NCBI GenBank assembly: GCA_963767005.1
Contig: CAVYCN010000002.1
Span: 625,028 to 689,027 of the forward strand
Direction of reading: 5' to 3'
DNA from: an uncultured Actinomycetes bacterium
Lineage (GTDB): Bacteria > Actinomycetota > Thermoleophilia > UBA2241
Length of the DNA: 64,000 nt
In this document: positions 10,419 through 19,069 of the stretch, piece after piece
Layout of the letters: every line of letters begins with the position of its first letter
How positions within the stretch are numbered: position 1 is the first letter of the stretch
Position numbers and translations under genes: made by a program
Notes under the pieces: model-generated
Told to the model about the DNA's origin: nothing
Database searches by the model: none
What the model saw: the letters and a program-made list of their open reading frames with translations, nothing else

Positions 10419-10595
10419 GCCACGCAGGCCTGAGCGTCGACGACGTCGTCGCCTGACGGCGTGATCGCGCCGCCCTGCGCGGGTCACGACCCGCGCAGGG
10501 CGGCCGACAGGCTCACCTGATGTGAAGAGCGGCCGACGTTCGGCCGACCCGCGCCGTCCGGGGGTGGTCCGGTTGGGTCTTCGTCGGCGCGTCCG

Positions 10596-10898
10596 TCACG
10601 AACTGTGGGCCCGATAGAAGCTCTCGAGCCGGTCGCCCTCGTCGCGGCTGAGCATGCCCTTCGCCTTGAACGACGGGGCGCTGTCGATGAACGCGCTCCC
10701 GTGCGGCACCACGACCTTGCCGCCCGGCGTCTCGACGACGTCCATCGGCACGAGCAGGTCGCGTGCCAGGAAGCGTGAGATGACGAGGTAGGTACGGTCG
10801 GTCGCATCGTCGCCGATCAGGGCCCTGATCTTGCCGAGCTTGGCGCCGTCACGCGAGAACGCTTCCAGCCCCACCAGCTCGTCGACAGCGGTCGTCAT
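10596..10898 (-). CDS. PRC-barrel domain protein
   Basis: GLEAFSRDGAKLGKI...LLVP; GAGGAG RBS. Confidence 0.75.
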   Translation of the reverse strand: MTTAVDELVGLEAFSRDGAKLGKIRALIGDDATDRTYLVISRFLARDLLVPMDVVETPGGKVVVPHGSAFIDSAPSFKAKGMLSRDEGDRLESFYRAHSS

Positions 10899-11130
10899 GA
10901 CCGGTCTCCTCCTTTCCGCGCGGCCCGGCGGCGTGCGCCGCGGACCGTCGTCGGCTCGTCTGACCGTACCGTGACTGTACGAAGGGACGCCGCGCGACAC
11001 ATCGCCCGAAGGGCGCATCTTCGGGTCGGTCAGCCGACCGAGGCGACCGGCGGCGCTCGAGGGCGTAAGCTGGCCCCCGCGGCTCTTGTCGCGTGAGCGC
11101 ACGGCGCGAAAGACGGCGAGGAGGACGGAC

Positions 11131-12354
11131 GTGACAGACGAGCACCACACGGGACGTGACGCGGTGAGCGCGTTCGGCTCTTTCGAGCCGCCGCGGCGGA
11201 CGCTGATGGGCCCCGGGCCCTCCAACGTCCACCCGCGCGTGCTGGCCGCCACGGCGCGCCCCACCATCGGGCACCTCGACCCCGCCTTCGTCGCCATGAT
11301 GGAAGAGGTCAAGGAGCTCCTGCGCTACGCGTTCCAGACCGGCAACGGCACGACGTTCCCCATCTCGGGCCCAGGCTCGGTGGGCATGGAGTCCTGCTTC
11401 GTCAATCTCGTGGAGCCGGACGACACGGTGGTCGTGTGCCGCAATGGGGCCTTCGGCGGCCGCATGGTCGAGAACGTCGAGCGCTGCGGCGGCCGGGCCG
11501 TCGTCGTCGACGACGACTGGGGCCGCCCCGTGTCGCTCGACAAGGTCGCGGCCGCGCTCGACGCGCACCCCGCGGCACGGGTCGTCGCGTTCGTGCAGGC
11601 CGAGACCTCGACCGGGGCGCACACCGACCCCGGCCCCCTCGTGGCCCTCGCCCACGAGCACCGCTGCCTGACGATCGTCGACACCGTGACGGCGCTGGGC
11701 GGCTGCCCTGTGAAGGTCGACGAGTGGGAGATCGACGCGGTCTATGCGGGGACGCAGAAGTGCCTGTCGTGCCCGCCCGGCCTTGCTCCGGTCAGCTTCG
11801 GCGAACGCGCCCTCGAGCGCGTCCGGGCGCGCACGACGCGCTGCCAGAGCTGGTTCATGGACCTCGACCTGCAGCTCGGCTACTGGGCCGCCGGCACGCG
11901 CACGTACCACCACACGGCGCCGGTGAACGCCCTCTACGGGCTGCACGAGGCGCTGCGCCTGCTCGCCGAGGAGGGCCTCGAGGCGGCCTGGGCGCGCCAC
12001 CGTCGCAACCACGAGGCGCTCGTCGCCGGGTTCGAGGCCATGGGCCTGCGCCAGCACGTCGCGGCGGGCGACCGCCTGCCGCAGCTCAACCTCGTCGTGG
12101 TGCCCGAGGGCGTCGACGAGGCGGCCGTGCGGCGCCGCCTGCTCGACGACTTCGACCTCGAGGTGGGCGCCGGCCTGGGCACGCTGGCCGGCAAGGTCTG
12201 GCGCGTCGGTCTCATGGGCGAGACCTGTCGCCCGGAGACGGTGCTCCTGTGCCTCGATGCCTTCGAGCGCGTGCTCGTGTCGCTGGGCGCGTCGCTGCCG
12301 CAGGGCGCCGGCGTCGCCGCGGCCCGCGCGCTCCTGCCGACGCGGACCGGCTAG
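11131..12354 (+). CDS. alanine--glyoxylate aminotransferase family (class V PLP)
   Basis: LMGPGPSNV, QAETSTG, GTQKCLSCPPG. Confidence 0.92.
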   Translation: MTDEHHTGRDAVSAFGSFEPPRRTLMGPGPSNVHPRVLAATARPTIGHLDPAFVAMMEEVKELLRYAFQTGNGTTFPISGPGSVGMESCFVNLVEPDDTVVVCRNGAFGGRMVENVERCGGRAVVVDDDWGRPVSLDKVAAALDAHPAARVVAFVQAETSTGAHTDPGPLVALAHEHRCLTIVDTVTALGGCPVKVDEWEIDAVYAGTQKCLSCPPGLAPVSFGERALERVRARTTRCQSWFMDLDLQLGYWAAGTRTYHHTAPVNALYGLHEALRLLAEEGLEAAWARHRRNHEALVAGFEAMGLRQHVAAGDRLPQLNLVVVPEGVDEAAVRRRLLDDFDLEVGAGLGTLAGKVWRVGLMGETCRPETVLLCLDAFERVLVSLGASLPQGAGVAAARALLPTRTG

Positions 12355-12357
12355 CGC

Positions 12358-12396
12358 GCGGGGCGGGGCGCCCCGTCCCGGGGCGCCCCGCCCCGC
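12358..12396. terminator. GC-rich hairpin between convergent genes
   Basis: GCGGGGCGGGGCGCCCC-GTCCC-GGGGCGCCCCGCCCCGC. Confidence 0.75.
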
Positions 12397-12400
12397 ACCG

Positions 12401-13117
12401 TCACTCGCTCGTCGGCAGGTGCACGTACATGGATTGCACGCCGACCCGTCCCGGCCCGCGGAAGCGGTTGAACATGAGCTGGCCGGCACCGCCGAAGATG
12501 CCGGTCTTCAAGCCGTAGACCGTCGGCTTCATCTGCACGCTGTGGTCGTGGTAGATCCAGCCGCCGGGCTCGATGTCGATCTCCTCGCCCGCGCCGAGCA
12601 CCTTCTCGAAGACGTTGCCGTAGCCGTGCAGCCAGACGACGCCCTCGCCCTGCGTCGCCGCGAAGGTGTCGACGAAAAAGCCGCTGCCCCCGAAGAGCAT
12701 GTTGCCGATGCCCTTGAGGCGCTGGAAGCTGAAGTCGACGTTGCCGGTGGCGCAGAGCATCTGATGCTCGCGCACGACGACGCTCTGCCCCTGCTGCAGG
12801 TGCAGGGGGACGATGTGCCCGGCGCCGTCGCGTGAGAAGGCGATCTCGCCGGGTCCGCGGGCCTCGGTCATGAAGATCTGCATGCCGGACACCATGCGCT
12901 TGAAGGTGCCCTTCATCGCGCGGATGCCGATCTCGAGCTGGGGGCTCTTCCACAGCACGATGTGGTGCTCGAAATACACCGGAGTCTGGCCGTTCAACGC
13001 GAGGTGGAGCACCGGTACGAGCTCGCCCTCGATGCGGTAGCCGATGCCGGCCGCCTGGCCGTCCTGCACCTGCGTGGGCAAGAGCATGGGTGGTGCGCCG
13101 CCGACGATCGTGCTCAC
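12401..13117 (-). CDS. AIM24 family protein
   Basis: YRIEGELVP, GGSGFF, FRGPGRVGVQS; AAGGAGG RBS before GTG. Confidence 0.85.
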   Translation of the reverse strand: MSTIVGGAPPMLLPTQVQDGQAAGIGYRIEGELVPVLHLALNGQTPVYFEHHIVLWKSPQLEIGIRAMKGTFKRMVSGMQIFMTEARGPGEIAFSRDGAGHIVPLHLQQGQSVVVREHQMLCATGNVDFSFQRLKGIGNMLFGGSGFFVDTFAATQGEGVVWLHGYGNVFEKVLGAGEEIDIEPGGWIYHDHSVQMKPTVYGLKTGIFGGAGQLMFNRFRGPGRVGVQSMYVHLPTSE

Positions 13118-13190
13118 AACGCCTCCTTGGATCGGGTCGTGCAACTGCTACGCCACGCGACTCCGACTACCTTCTTCGGGGGGCGATGGT

Positions 13191-14390
13191 TCAGGCGAGC
13201 GCCTGCGCGAGGTCGGCGATCAGGTCGTCGGCATCCTCGATGCCGACGGAGTAGCGGATCAGCCCCTCGGGGATGCCCATGGCCGCGCGCTCCTCGGCCG
13301 TGCACTCGACGTGGCTCGTGGTCGCGGGCGGCCCGGCGATCGTCTCGACAGCGCCGAGGTTGGCGGCGCGGTGCGCCAGGCGCAGGCTCGGCAGGACACG
13401 CTTCACGGCGTCGAAGCCGTCTTCGAGCATGAAGCTGAGGACCCCGCCGAAGCCGCGCATCTGGCGCAGGGCGATCTCGTGGCCCGGGTGCGACTCGAGG
13501 CCGGGGTAGTAGACGGCGGCCACGCCCGGCTGCTCCGCAAGCCAGCGCGCGATGCGCAGGGCGCTCTCGTTCTGCTGGCGGATGCGCAGGTAGAGCGTCT
13601 TCATGCTGCGGATCAGCAGGTAGGCGGCCATCGGGTCGAGCGCGGCGCCGGTGATCTCGCGGTAGTGGAACACGCGGGCCACGAGCTCGGCGTCGCCGCA
13701 CACGACGCCGCCGAGCACGTCGGCGTGGCCGCCCAGGAACTTGGTGGCGCTGTGCAGCACGAGGTCGGCGCCCAGGGCGAGCGGGTTCTGGTTGACCGGC
13801 GTGGCGAAGGTGTTGTCGGCGACCACCAGGGCGCCGGCGCGGTGAGCGGCCGCCGCCAAGCGCGCGATGTCGATGACCTTGAGCGTCGGGTTCGTCGGCG
13901 TCTCGAGGTAGACCAGCCGGCAGCCGCGCGCGATCTCGGCCTCGAGCCGCTCGTGGTCGGTCGTGTCGCAGAGCTCGACCTCGACGCCCTGGCGCGGCAG
14001 GAAGCTCGTGAAGAGCTGGTTCGTGCCGCCGTAGGTGTCCTTGACCGACACCACGCGTTCGCCCGGTGCGACGAGCGCGAATAGGGTGTTGCTCACCGCT
14101 GCCATGCCGCTCGCGAAGCTCGTGGCTGCCGCCGCGCCCTCGAGCACGCGCACCTTTTCCTCGAAGGCGTGCACGGTCGGGTTGGTGTTGCGCGAGTAGA
14201 TGTGGCCGGGCACGCGCCCCAGGGCGACGTCGAGCCACGCGTCGACGTCGGGGTAGCCGTACGCCACGCTGTAGACGACCGGCACCTGGGTGGCACCGAG
14301 CAGGGACGGTCCGTCCTCGCCGGCGCGCACCGCCAGAGTGGCCGACGACAGGGCTTGCTGCGGTCGCTCACTGCGCGCGTCGTCTGTCAT
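13191..14390 (-). CDS. cystathionine gamma-synthase family PLP enzyme
   Basis: [40 protein letters not shown]. Confidence 0.92.
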   Translation of the reverse strand: MTDDARSERPQQALSSATLAVRAGEDGPSLLGATQVPVVYSVAYGYPDVDAWLDVALGRVPGHIYSRNTNPTVHAFEEKVRVLEGAAAATSFASGMAAVSNTLFALVAPGERVVSVKDTYGGTNQLFTSFLPRQGVEVELCDTTDHERLEAEIARGCRLVYLETPTNPTLKVIDIARLAAAAHRAGALVVADNTFATPVNQNPLALGADLVLHSATKFLGGHADVLGGVVCGDAELVARVFHYREITGAALDPMAAYLLIRSMKTLYLRIRQQNESALRIARWLAEQPGVAAVYYPGLESHPGHEIALRQMRGFGGVLSFMLEDGFDAVKRVLPSLRLAHRAANLGAVETIAGPPATTSHVECTAEERAAMGIPEGLIRYSVGIEDADDLIADLAQALA

Positions 14391-14442
14391 GTCGCCTCTC
14401 CTCGGAAGGTGGTTACCAGCGCCGTGCGGTCGCGGCGCCGGA

Positions 14443-14820
14443 TCAGTCGACGTCGGGCAGGAGCTCGGCCCGGCCCGTCTCGGGCGGCGCGCCGACCACG
14501 AGGACGACGAGCTCGGCGTCGGCCTCGTTGCGGATCTGCTGGCCGGTGTCGGTGCCGACCACGGCCACGCCGCCGCGCGGCAGCACGGCGCGCTCGGGCG
14601 GGTCGCCGAGCAGGAGCGTCGCGGTGCCCTCGAGGACGACGAACATCTCCTCCTGGGCATGCTCGACGTGACGCGTGCCACGCGTGCCGGGCGGCAGGTG
14701 CCAGATGTTCGCCCGCATGCCGGCCAGGTCGTCGGACAGGGGCGTGAGGCGGCGACGCTGGTCGCCGCGCTTGGGCGACTGCAGCTCGCACGCGCCCGGC
14801 AGAAAGACCCTGAAGCTCAT
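14443..14820 (-). CDS. cupin domain protein
   Basis: HVEHAQEEMFVVLEG cupin motif. Confidence 0.8.
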   Translation of the reverse strand: MSFRVFLPGACELQSPKRGDQRRRLTPLSDDLAGMRANIWHLPPGTRGTRHVEHAQEEMFVVLEGTATLLLGDPPERAVLPRGGVAVVGTDTGQQIRNEADAELVVLVVGAPPETGRAELLPDVD

Positions 14821-14850
14821 GTCGGCAGGCTAGCCGACGGCCGCCGGGCG

Positions 14851-14864
14851 GTCAACAGGAGCCC
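14851..14864. repeat. left target-site duplication of casposon (GTCAACAGGAGCCC)
   Basis: Identical 14-mer at 29321-29334, each directly outside a TIR. Confidence 0.95.
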
Positions 14865-15245
14865 GGGATAGGGGATAGGGACGCGAGAAATGTCCGGTTG
14901 CGTGACATCGGCCAAAGATCGACACTGCCGCGAGGGTGCCGGCGACGGCTCTCCTGCCCGCTCGCCGCGCTGCGCGCGGCTCGCTAACCCCACCGGAGCG
15001 ACGGCTCCCGGCGAGGGCCGAGGCCGGATTTCGGACTCCATGCCCGGTGCGCCGTCGCGCCATGGGCCGGCTCACTACTCCCCAATCCCAACCCAGCACC
15101 GTGCACGCTGGCAGCGCTCAGAATCCGTTGCCCTTGTGGGTCCTGGCACGGGCGTTGGATCGTCGCGGGCGGGCTCAGGGACCGTCAGACGTGGTCAGGG
15201 TTACGAGCGACGGGTGACAAGTCACGGGCTCGCCGCCGCTTCGCG
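14865..15245 (+). repeat. left terminal inverted repeat (381 bp), starts GGGATAGGGGATAGGGAC
   Basis: Reverse complement of 28940-29320 with one C/T mismatch seen near 14920. Confidence 0.95.
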
Positions 15246-15350
15246 CGGCTCGGCGAAAGGGCGACGAGCGAGGCGTGCGGCTGGGGCGAGGGTGGTCGAG
15301 GCGCGAGTCGACGGTCCGGCGCGTCGCGTCGTCGCGGGTGGCGCGGTGGG

Positions 15351-16427
15351 TCAGGGCTCGCCCCCGCTTGCTGTGGTGAGCACAAGGCGTCCGCCGGCGA
15401 CGCAGCCGTCCTTGGCATCAAGGAAGGCGACCGCTCGAAAGTCGCTGCCGGCCGGACCGCGGACCTGTTCGTGCCAGGTCGCACCACCGTCGTCGGTCGC
15501 CACGACGATGCCGGCCATCGTGTGTCCGGTGGCGACGTCTCCGGCCACCCAGCCGTGCAGCGAGTCCGCAAAGGAGACAGCCCACAGGAAGCCGGGCATC
15601 CCCGCGGTGTCCTGCAGCTTCCAGGTGGCGCCACCGTCTGTGGTATGCAGGACGGCGATCTTCTGGGAGAACGGCGGTAGGTTCTGCATGACGGTACCGA
15701 CGACCCAGCCGCTGCGCTCGGTCGTGAACGTCGCCGCGTTGAGAATGAGCCAGCAGCCCTTGGCCACCCGAGGCAGTGTCTGTCGATGCCAGGTGACGCC
15801 GCCGTCCGTGGTCGCCTCGATAGAGCCTTGGCCGACTCCCCAGCCGTCCTCAGAGGTGACGAAGTCGATAGCCGTCGTGTCATGTGCGCCGAGACTCCTC
15901 CAACGTTTGCCGCCGTCGGTCGTGACGGCGAGGTCACCCGCTGCGAGAAGCCAGCCGTGCCGGGCATCGACGAAGCTCACGTCGGACAGGCCGTTAAAGG
16001 GGGGCTGCTGGACCTGCCAGTGACTGCCGCCGTCGGTCGTGGCCAGAATGACGTGCCAACCACCCACCACCCAGCCGTGCTTGGCGTCGACGAAGTCGAT
16101 CGCATCCATGGGATCGGACGTGGGCACGTCTCGTTTGTCCCAGCTACGGCCGCCGTCGGTCGTCGAAAAGACGCAGCCACCGTCACCCGAACCGACAGCC
16201 CAGCCGTCCTTGGCACTGGTGAAGGCAAGGCCGCGGATGTCGGCGTGCAGGCCGATCGCATGCCAAGCGCCATCACCGGCCAGGGCGACCGGCGAACTGT
16301 GCATCTTGGCCTGCCCGCAGCTGCACAGCAGGGCGGCCAGGACAAGGGTCATGACAGCCACGAGGATGCCGCTGGAAGCGAGAGTGGCACGACTACTCAA
16401 GTGAGACGGTGACCTTCTGCGCGCCAC
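15351..16427 (-). CDS. YCF48/BNR-repeat beta-propeller lipoprotein, copy 1
   Basis: LAALLCSC lipobox-like; repeated TTDGG.W and F.D..HGW motifs; start inferred from GGAGG RBS. Confidence 0.85.
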   Translation of the reverse strand: MARRRSPSHLSSRATLASSGILVAVMTLVLAALLCSCGQAKMHSSPVALAGDGAWHAIGLHADIRGLAFTSAKDGWAVGSGDGGCVFSTTDGGRSWDKRDVPTSDPMDAIDFVDAKHGWVVGGWHVILATTDGGSHWQVQQPPFNGLSDVSFVDARHGWLLAAGDLAVTTDGGKRWRSLGAHDTTAIDFVTSEDGWGVGQGSIEATTDGGVTWHRQTLPRVAKGCWLILNAATFTTERSGWVVGTVMQNLPPFSQKIAVLHTTDGGATWKLQDTAGMPGFLWAVSFADSLHGWVAGDVATGHTMAGIVVATDDGGATWHEQVRGPAGSDFRAVAFLDAKDGCVAGGRLVLTTASGGEP

Positions 16428-16692
16428 GGGCTCCAGTCCTCCGACGAATGGCTTCGTGGGGTATTTCGTCAGGCGTGGCCGCAGCCTTGAGACTAGCTGA
16501 CGGGTAGACCAACACCCACAGATGCTTAGTGAGCCGCGATGACCCGAATTGCCATGGCCTGTCGCTTCAGTTCGCCGCGCTTCGCGGCTTGCCGAACGGC
16601 CGTCGGGCGATGCGGGCGGGGGGAGGGGCGAAGGCAGCCGGGTCGCGAGCGACGAGTCCGGAGCGTCGCATCGTCGCGGGTGACGCAGTGGG

Positions 16693-17796
16693 TCAGGACT
16701 TGCCCCCGCTTGCCGTGGTGAGCACGAGCTGGCCGCCGGCGACGCAGCCATGTCGAGCATCAGAAAAGGCAACCGCCTTGAAGTCGTTGCCGGCCGGACC
16801 GCGGACCTGTTCGTGCCAGGTCATGCCGCCGTCGTCGGTCGCCAACACGACGCCAGCGGTCTTGCCATTGTCAGCGACGATCCCGACCGCCCAGCCGTGC
16901 ACTGGATCGGCAAAGGAGACAGCCGAGAGGGAGCCACGGAGCCTTGGTGTGTCCTCCAGTCTCCAGTTGGCACCACCGTCAGTGGTATGCAGCACCGCGA
17001 GCCTCTCGGGAATCGGAAACACGTTGGGCTCAACCATCGCGCCAACGACCCAGCCGGACCGACGCGTCGTGAACGCGACCGTGGAAAGGTCGAGGACCCA
17101 CCCTCTTGGTACCCGGGGCAGCGTCTGGCGGTGCCAGCTGGCACCGGCGTCTGTAGTGGCCTGGATGTTGCCGTCAGCGACGCCCCAGCCGTCCTCGGAG
17201 CCGACGAAGTCAATCGCCCAGACGCCGTCAGTCGTGAACAGGTGTCGTCGGTTCCAGGTGGCGCCGCCATCGGTCGTTGCCAGCAGGATGCCGCTGCCGG
17301 TGAGGATCCACCCGTGTCGAGCGTCGCCGAGGCTCACGTCGCTCAGGCCGTTGACCGGACTGTGCTGTACCTCCCAGTGCGCCCCGCCGTCGCTTGTCGC
17401 CAGGATAAGGTCGCCACCGACGATCCAGCCGTGCCTTGCGTCGGCGAAGTCGATCGACTCCAGATCGTCGCCCAGCCCTATCCCGGGGTGCGGCACGCTC
17501 CGTCTGAGCCAACTACGGCCGCCGTCAGTGGTCGCAAACACCCATCCGCCATCGCCGACGCCCACGGCCCAGCCATCATCGGTACCGTTGAAGGCTAGGT
17601 CGCGGATGTTCGCGCGCAGGTCGGTCGCCTGCCAGGCGGCATCACCGGCCAGGGCGACCGGCGAACTGTGCATCGTGGCCTGCCCGCAGCTGCACAGCAG
17701 GGCGGCCAGAACAAGGGTCAAGCCAGCCACAAGGACGCCGCTGGAAGCGAGAGTGGCACGACTACTCAAGTGAGGCGTTGACCTTCTGCGCGCCAC
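16693..17796 (-). CDS. YCF48/BNR-repeat beta-propeller lipoprotein, copy 2
   Basis: Paralogue of copy 1 with near-identical leader, signal peptide and C-terminus. Confidence 0.85.
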   Translation of the reverse strand: MARRRSTPHLSSRATLASSGVLVAGLTLVLAALLCSCGQATMHSSPVALAGDAAWQATDLRANIRDLAFNGTDDGWAVGVGDGGWVFATTDGGRSWLRRSVPHPGIGLGDDLESIDFADARHGWIVGGDLILATSDGGAHWEVQHSPVNGLSDVSLGDARHGWILTGSGILLATTDGGATWNRRHLFTTDGVWAIDFVGSEDGWGVADGNIQATTDAGASWHRQTLPRVPRGWVLDLSTVAFTTRRSGWVVGAMVEPNVFPIPERLAVLHTTDGGANWRLEDTPRLRGSLSAVSFADPVHGWAVGIVADNGKTAGVVLATDDGGMTWHEQVRGPAGNDFKAVAFSDARHGCVAGGQLVLTTASGGKS

Positions 17797-18148
17797 GGGC
17801 TCCAGTCCTCCGACGAATGGCTTCGTGTGGTATGTCGTCAGGCGTGGCCGCAGCCTTGAGGCTAGCCGACGGGTAGACAAACACCCCCCCGGAACCTAGT
17901 GAGCCGCGATGACCCTAATTGCCATGGCCCTTTCGCTTCAGTTCGCCGCGCTTCGCGCGGCTCACCGAACGGCTGTCAGGCGACGGGTGCGGGCGGAGGG
18001 GCAACGACAGCCGGGGCGGGACCGACTGTGAGAGTGCAGCGGGGCCGCGGGGCCGGCGGGCCGCCGCGCCCATTCTCGACCCCCCAACAGGTGCTACGAT
18101 TGCCGCAGGTGGATGGGCGCTCAAGACGCCGCCGAGAGGATGCGACAC

Positions 18149-19069
18149 GTGGTCACGAAACGGGTCTCAGCCGTCGCCGTGCAGTCTCTGAAGGAAGCTC
18201 TGGCCAGCATCTTCTGGTACAAGCGGGACCTGCGGGGCTTCATCTCCAACTGCGTCAGCGATCCGCGACTCTTGGCGGTGGCGGATTGGGGCGGATACAA
18301 ACACCAGATTGTCTCGGACATCATCGACTATCTATGCGCTCACCAGCCGCAGTCTTCCGATGACCTCGCCGTCCTGTTCGACGAGGTGGCTGAGTTCGAT
18401 TCCTTTCGACACCTTGAACAGCTCGACGACGGGGCTGCGAAGGTGGCGAAGGCAAGACAGGCCGTCGCAGACCTTCGCAAGATCGTTCGGGCTCACGGCC
18501 AATTGACGGCAGAGGCAAGAGCCATCGAGGCGCGACGCAAGACGGCTGCCAGCAAGCGCGAGAAGAACGAGTCTTTCAAAAGCGCTCTCGACAAGCTGCG
18601 GGGGGATTACCTCAAGATGCTCGCCGCCGATTCCCCGCAACAGCGCGGGTTCGACTTGGAACAGCTGCTGTATGCGGTCTTCGCGTTGTTCGATCTGGAC
18701 CCGAAGGCGTCTTTCCGCATCACCGGAGCACAAATGGACGGGGCCTTCAGCTTTGACGGAACCGAGTTTCTGCTGGAGGCAAAATGGGAGTCGGGGCCGG
18801 TCGACGGTAGTGCGCTGGATAGGCTGGCCTCCAAGGTGAAGCGTCAACTCGACAACACCCTGGGGCTGTTTCTCTCCATCAATGGTTTCTCGGCGGACGG
18901 AGTTGCTGACCATTGTCGAAGCCGCCCGGTGCTCATCCTGATGACGGGGGCTGACCTCATGGCTGTGCTCGACGGCAGGATAGACCTGGTGAGCCTCCTG
19001 CTTCGAAAACGTCAGCACGCTTCGCGGACGGGTCGAATACTCATCACCGTGCAGGAGATTCTGGACTAA
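18149..19069 (+). CDS. Mrr-like PD-(D/E)xK restriction endonuclease
   Basis: RGFDLEQLL...QMDGAF...LLEAKW...LFLSINGF; start uncertain (18113, 18140 or 18149). Confidence 0.8.
   Translation: MVTKRVSAVAVQSLKEALASIFWYKRDLRGFISNCVSDPRLLAVADWGGYKHQIVSDIIDYLCAHQPQSSDDLAVLFDEVAEFDSFRHLEQLDDGAAKVAKARQAVADLRKIVRAHGQLTAEARAIEARRKTAASKREKNESFKSALDKLRGDYLKMLAADSPQQRGFDLEQLLYAVFALFDLDPKASFRITGAQMDGAFSFDGTEFLLEAKWESGPVDGSALDRLASKVKRQLDNTLGLFLSINGFSADGVADHCRSRPVLILMTGADLMAVLDGRIDLVSLLLRKRQHASRTGRILITVQEILD

Noticed and set aside
4650-10487. long Arg/Ala/Gly-rich alternative-frame ORFs (for example 5006-7378, 8111-10180)
   Set aside because: Shadow ORFs expected in high-GC DNA, overlapping well-supported genes.
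14817-15217. short ORFs duplicated at both casposon ends (for example 14936-15217 and 28968-29249)
   Set aside because: They follow from the inverted repeat; no RBS or recognisable motif.
16560-16610. integron attC sites at cassette junctions
   Set aside because: No RYYYAAC/GTTRRRY core sites and no integron integrase; kept only as an unnamed hairpin.
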